Positions 63,305 to 64,000 of a DNA stretch of 64,000 nucleotides are shown here, one piece after another (positions within the stretch are counted from its first letter, which is position 1; each line of letters starts with the position of its first letter). The notes below the pieces were generated by a model. It did no database searches, was not told the origin of the DNA, and saw only the letters and a program-made list of their open reading frames with translations. Location: positions 960,001-1,024,000 of the forward strand of contig CAWCYI010000006.1 in NCBI GenBank assembly GCA_963799845.1, given 5' to 3'. A program made the translations under genes and the position numbers. The stretch is from an uncultured Nitrososphaerota archaeon (GTDB lineage: Archaea > Thermoproteota > Nitrososphaeria > Nitrososphaerales > CADDZS01).

Positions 63305-63793
63305 ATGACAGATGAGATTCTTTTGAAGCCCATAGGAGTCGTGCATACAAAAGCAGGGCCTGACGAGATAAGAAAGAGAACTCCGGGGATCGAGTCAGTC
63401 GTGGAGATTTTTCCGGAGTATCAGGACGGATTGGAAGGAGTGGAAGAATTCTCCCATATTTTTGTACTGGGGTACTTTCACAGTCTTAGACCCGAGCAGG
63501 TCGGACCACTTAGGGTGAAGCCGAGAGGGCTGCTCAGACTGGGACTGAGGCTAGAGGATCTCCCAACAGTGGGTGTCTTCTCACTTGATTCTCCCACCCG
63601 CCCTAACTCTATCGGTCTTTCACTAGTCCCTCTCATCAGGAGGCAGGAGAACAAACTCACAGTCTCAGGGCTAGATTATTTTGATGGCACCCCAGTGCTC
63701 GATCTCAAACCCTATCAGTCAAGCTATCGAGTTGAAGACTACAAAATCCCGGAGTGGCATACGAAGTTGCTGCAAAAGGCACGCCGCATCTGA
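63305..63793 (+). CDS. tsaA: tRNA m6t6A37 methyltransferase TrmO/TsaA family
   Basis: LKPIGVV, GLEGVEEFSHIFVL..FH, GVF...SPTRPN.IGLS, GLD..DGTPVLDLKPY. Confidence 0.88.
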   Translation: MTDEILLKPIGVVHTKAGPDEIRKRTPGIESVVEIFPEYQDGLEGVEEFSHIFVLGYFHSLRPEQVGPLRVKPRGLLRLGLRLEDLPTVGVFSLDSPTRPNSIGLSLVPLIRRQENKLTVSGLDYFDGTPVLDLKPYQSSYRVEDYKIPEWHTKLLQKARRI

Positions 63794-63977
63794 GAGCAAA
63801 AGCTATCAATCGACCAGGTCGATCGGCGCTCAGATGTTTAACAGATTCGAGCCCTGATGAAAAAGATAGGTATTCCGTGGTAAATTAGCTAAAAGAGGGT
63901 ACTCATCGAAATCGGAAAATATTCTTTCCCTCTAAGAATCTCGGCTGTATTTAGCATTCTACCAAAAGCGATAGCCG

Positions 63978-64000
63978 TCAGACGAACGTAACTGTATTGA
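63978..64000 (-). CDS. C-terminal tip of a gene entering from outside the window, probably another solute-binding protein
   Basis: Reads (I)NTVTFV*, matching the INTVTFG* end of the binding protein at 21092. Confidence 0.35.

Overview
Archaeal accessory region, probably from a heterotrophic Nitrososphaerota/Thermoproteota-like lineage. This taxonomy is inferred from gene content: RAD55/KaiC-like ATPase, stand-alone Lrp, Ser/Thr-linker secreted proteins and DUF2341. Many genes are split by single-base frameshifts, which suggests uncorrected long-read indels. From left to right: two divergent IS110-family elements whose non-coding ends carry readable bridge-RNA guides matching their own junctions, one inserted into a REP-like TTTACTAGTAAA repeat; an IS630 with an empty paralogous site at 61.8 kb; a TPR signalling cluster (wHTH-adenylate cyclase-TPR, RAD55-TPR, truncated STAND-TPR-wHTH) around secreted-protein genes sharing a 28-bp palindrome; a catabolic island (D-cysteine desulfhydrase-like enzyme, two atypical OYE/FadH flavoenzymes, RraA, Gfo/Idh/MocA, divergent enolase plus kinase, hydantoin racemase, Opp transporter, hydantoinase A/B); an IS1182; and a patchwork of secreted proteins, TA and mobile-element remnants, MFS transporters, a thioesterase and tsaA. 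No rRNA, tRNA or CRISPR array was found.
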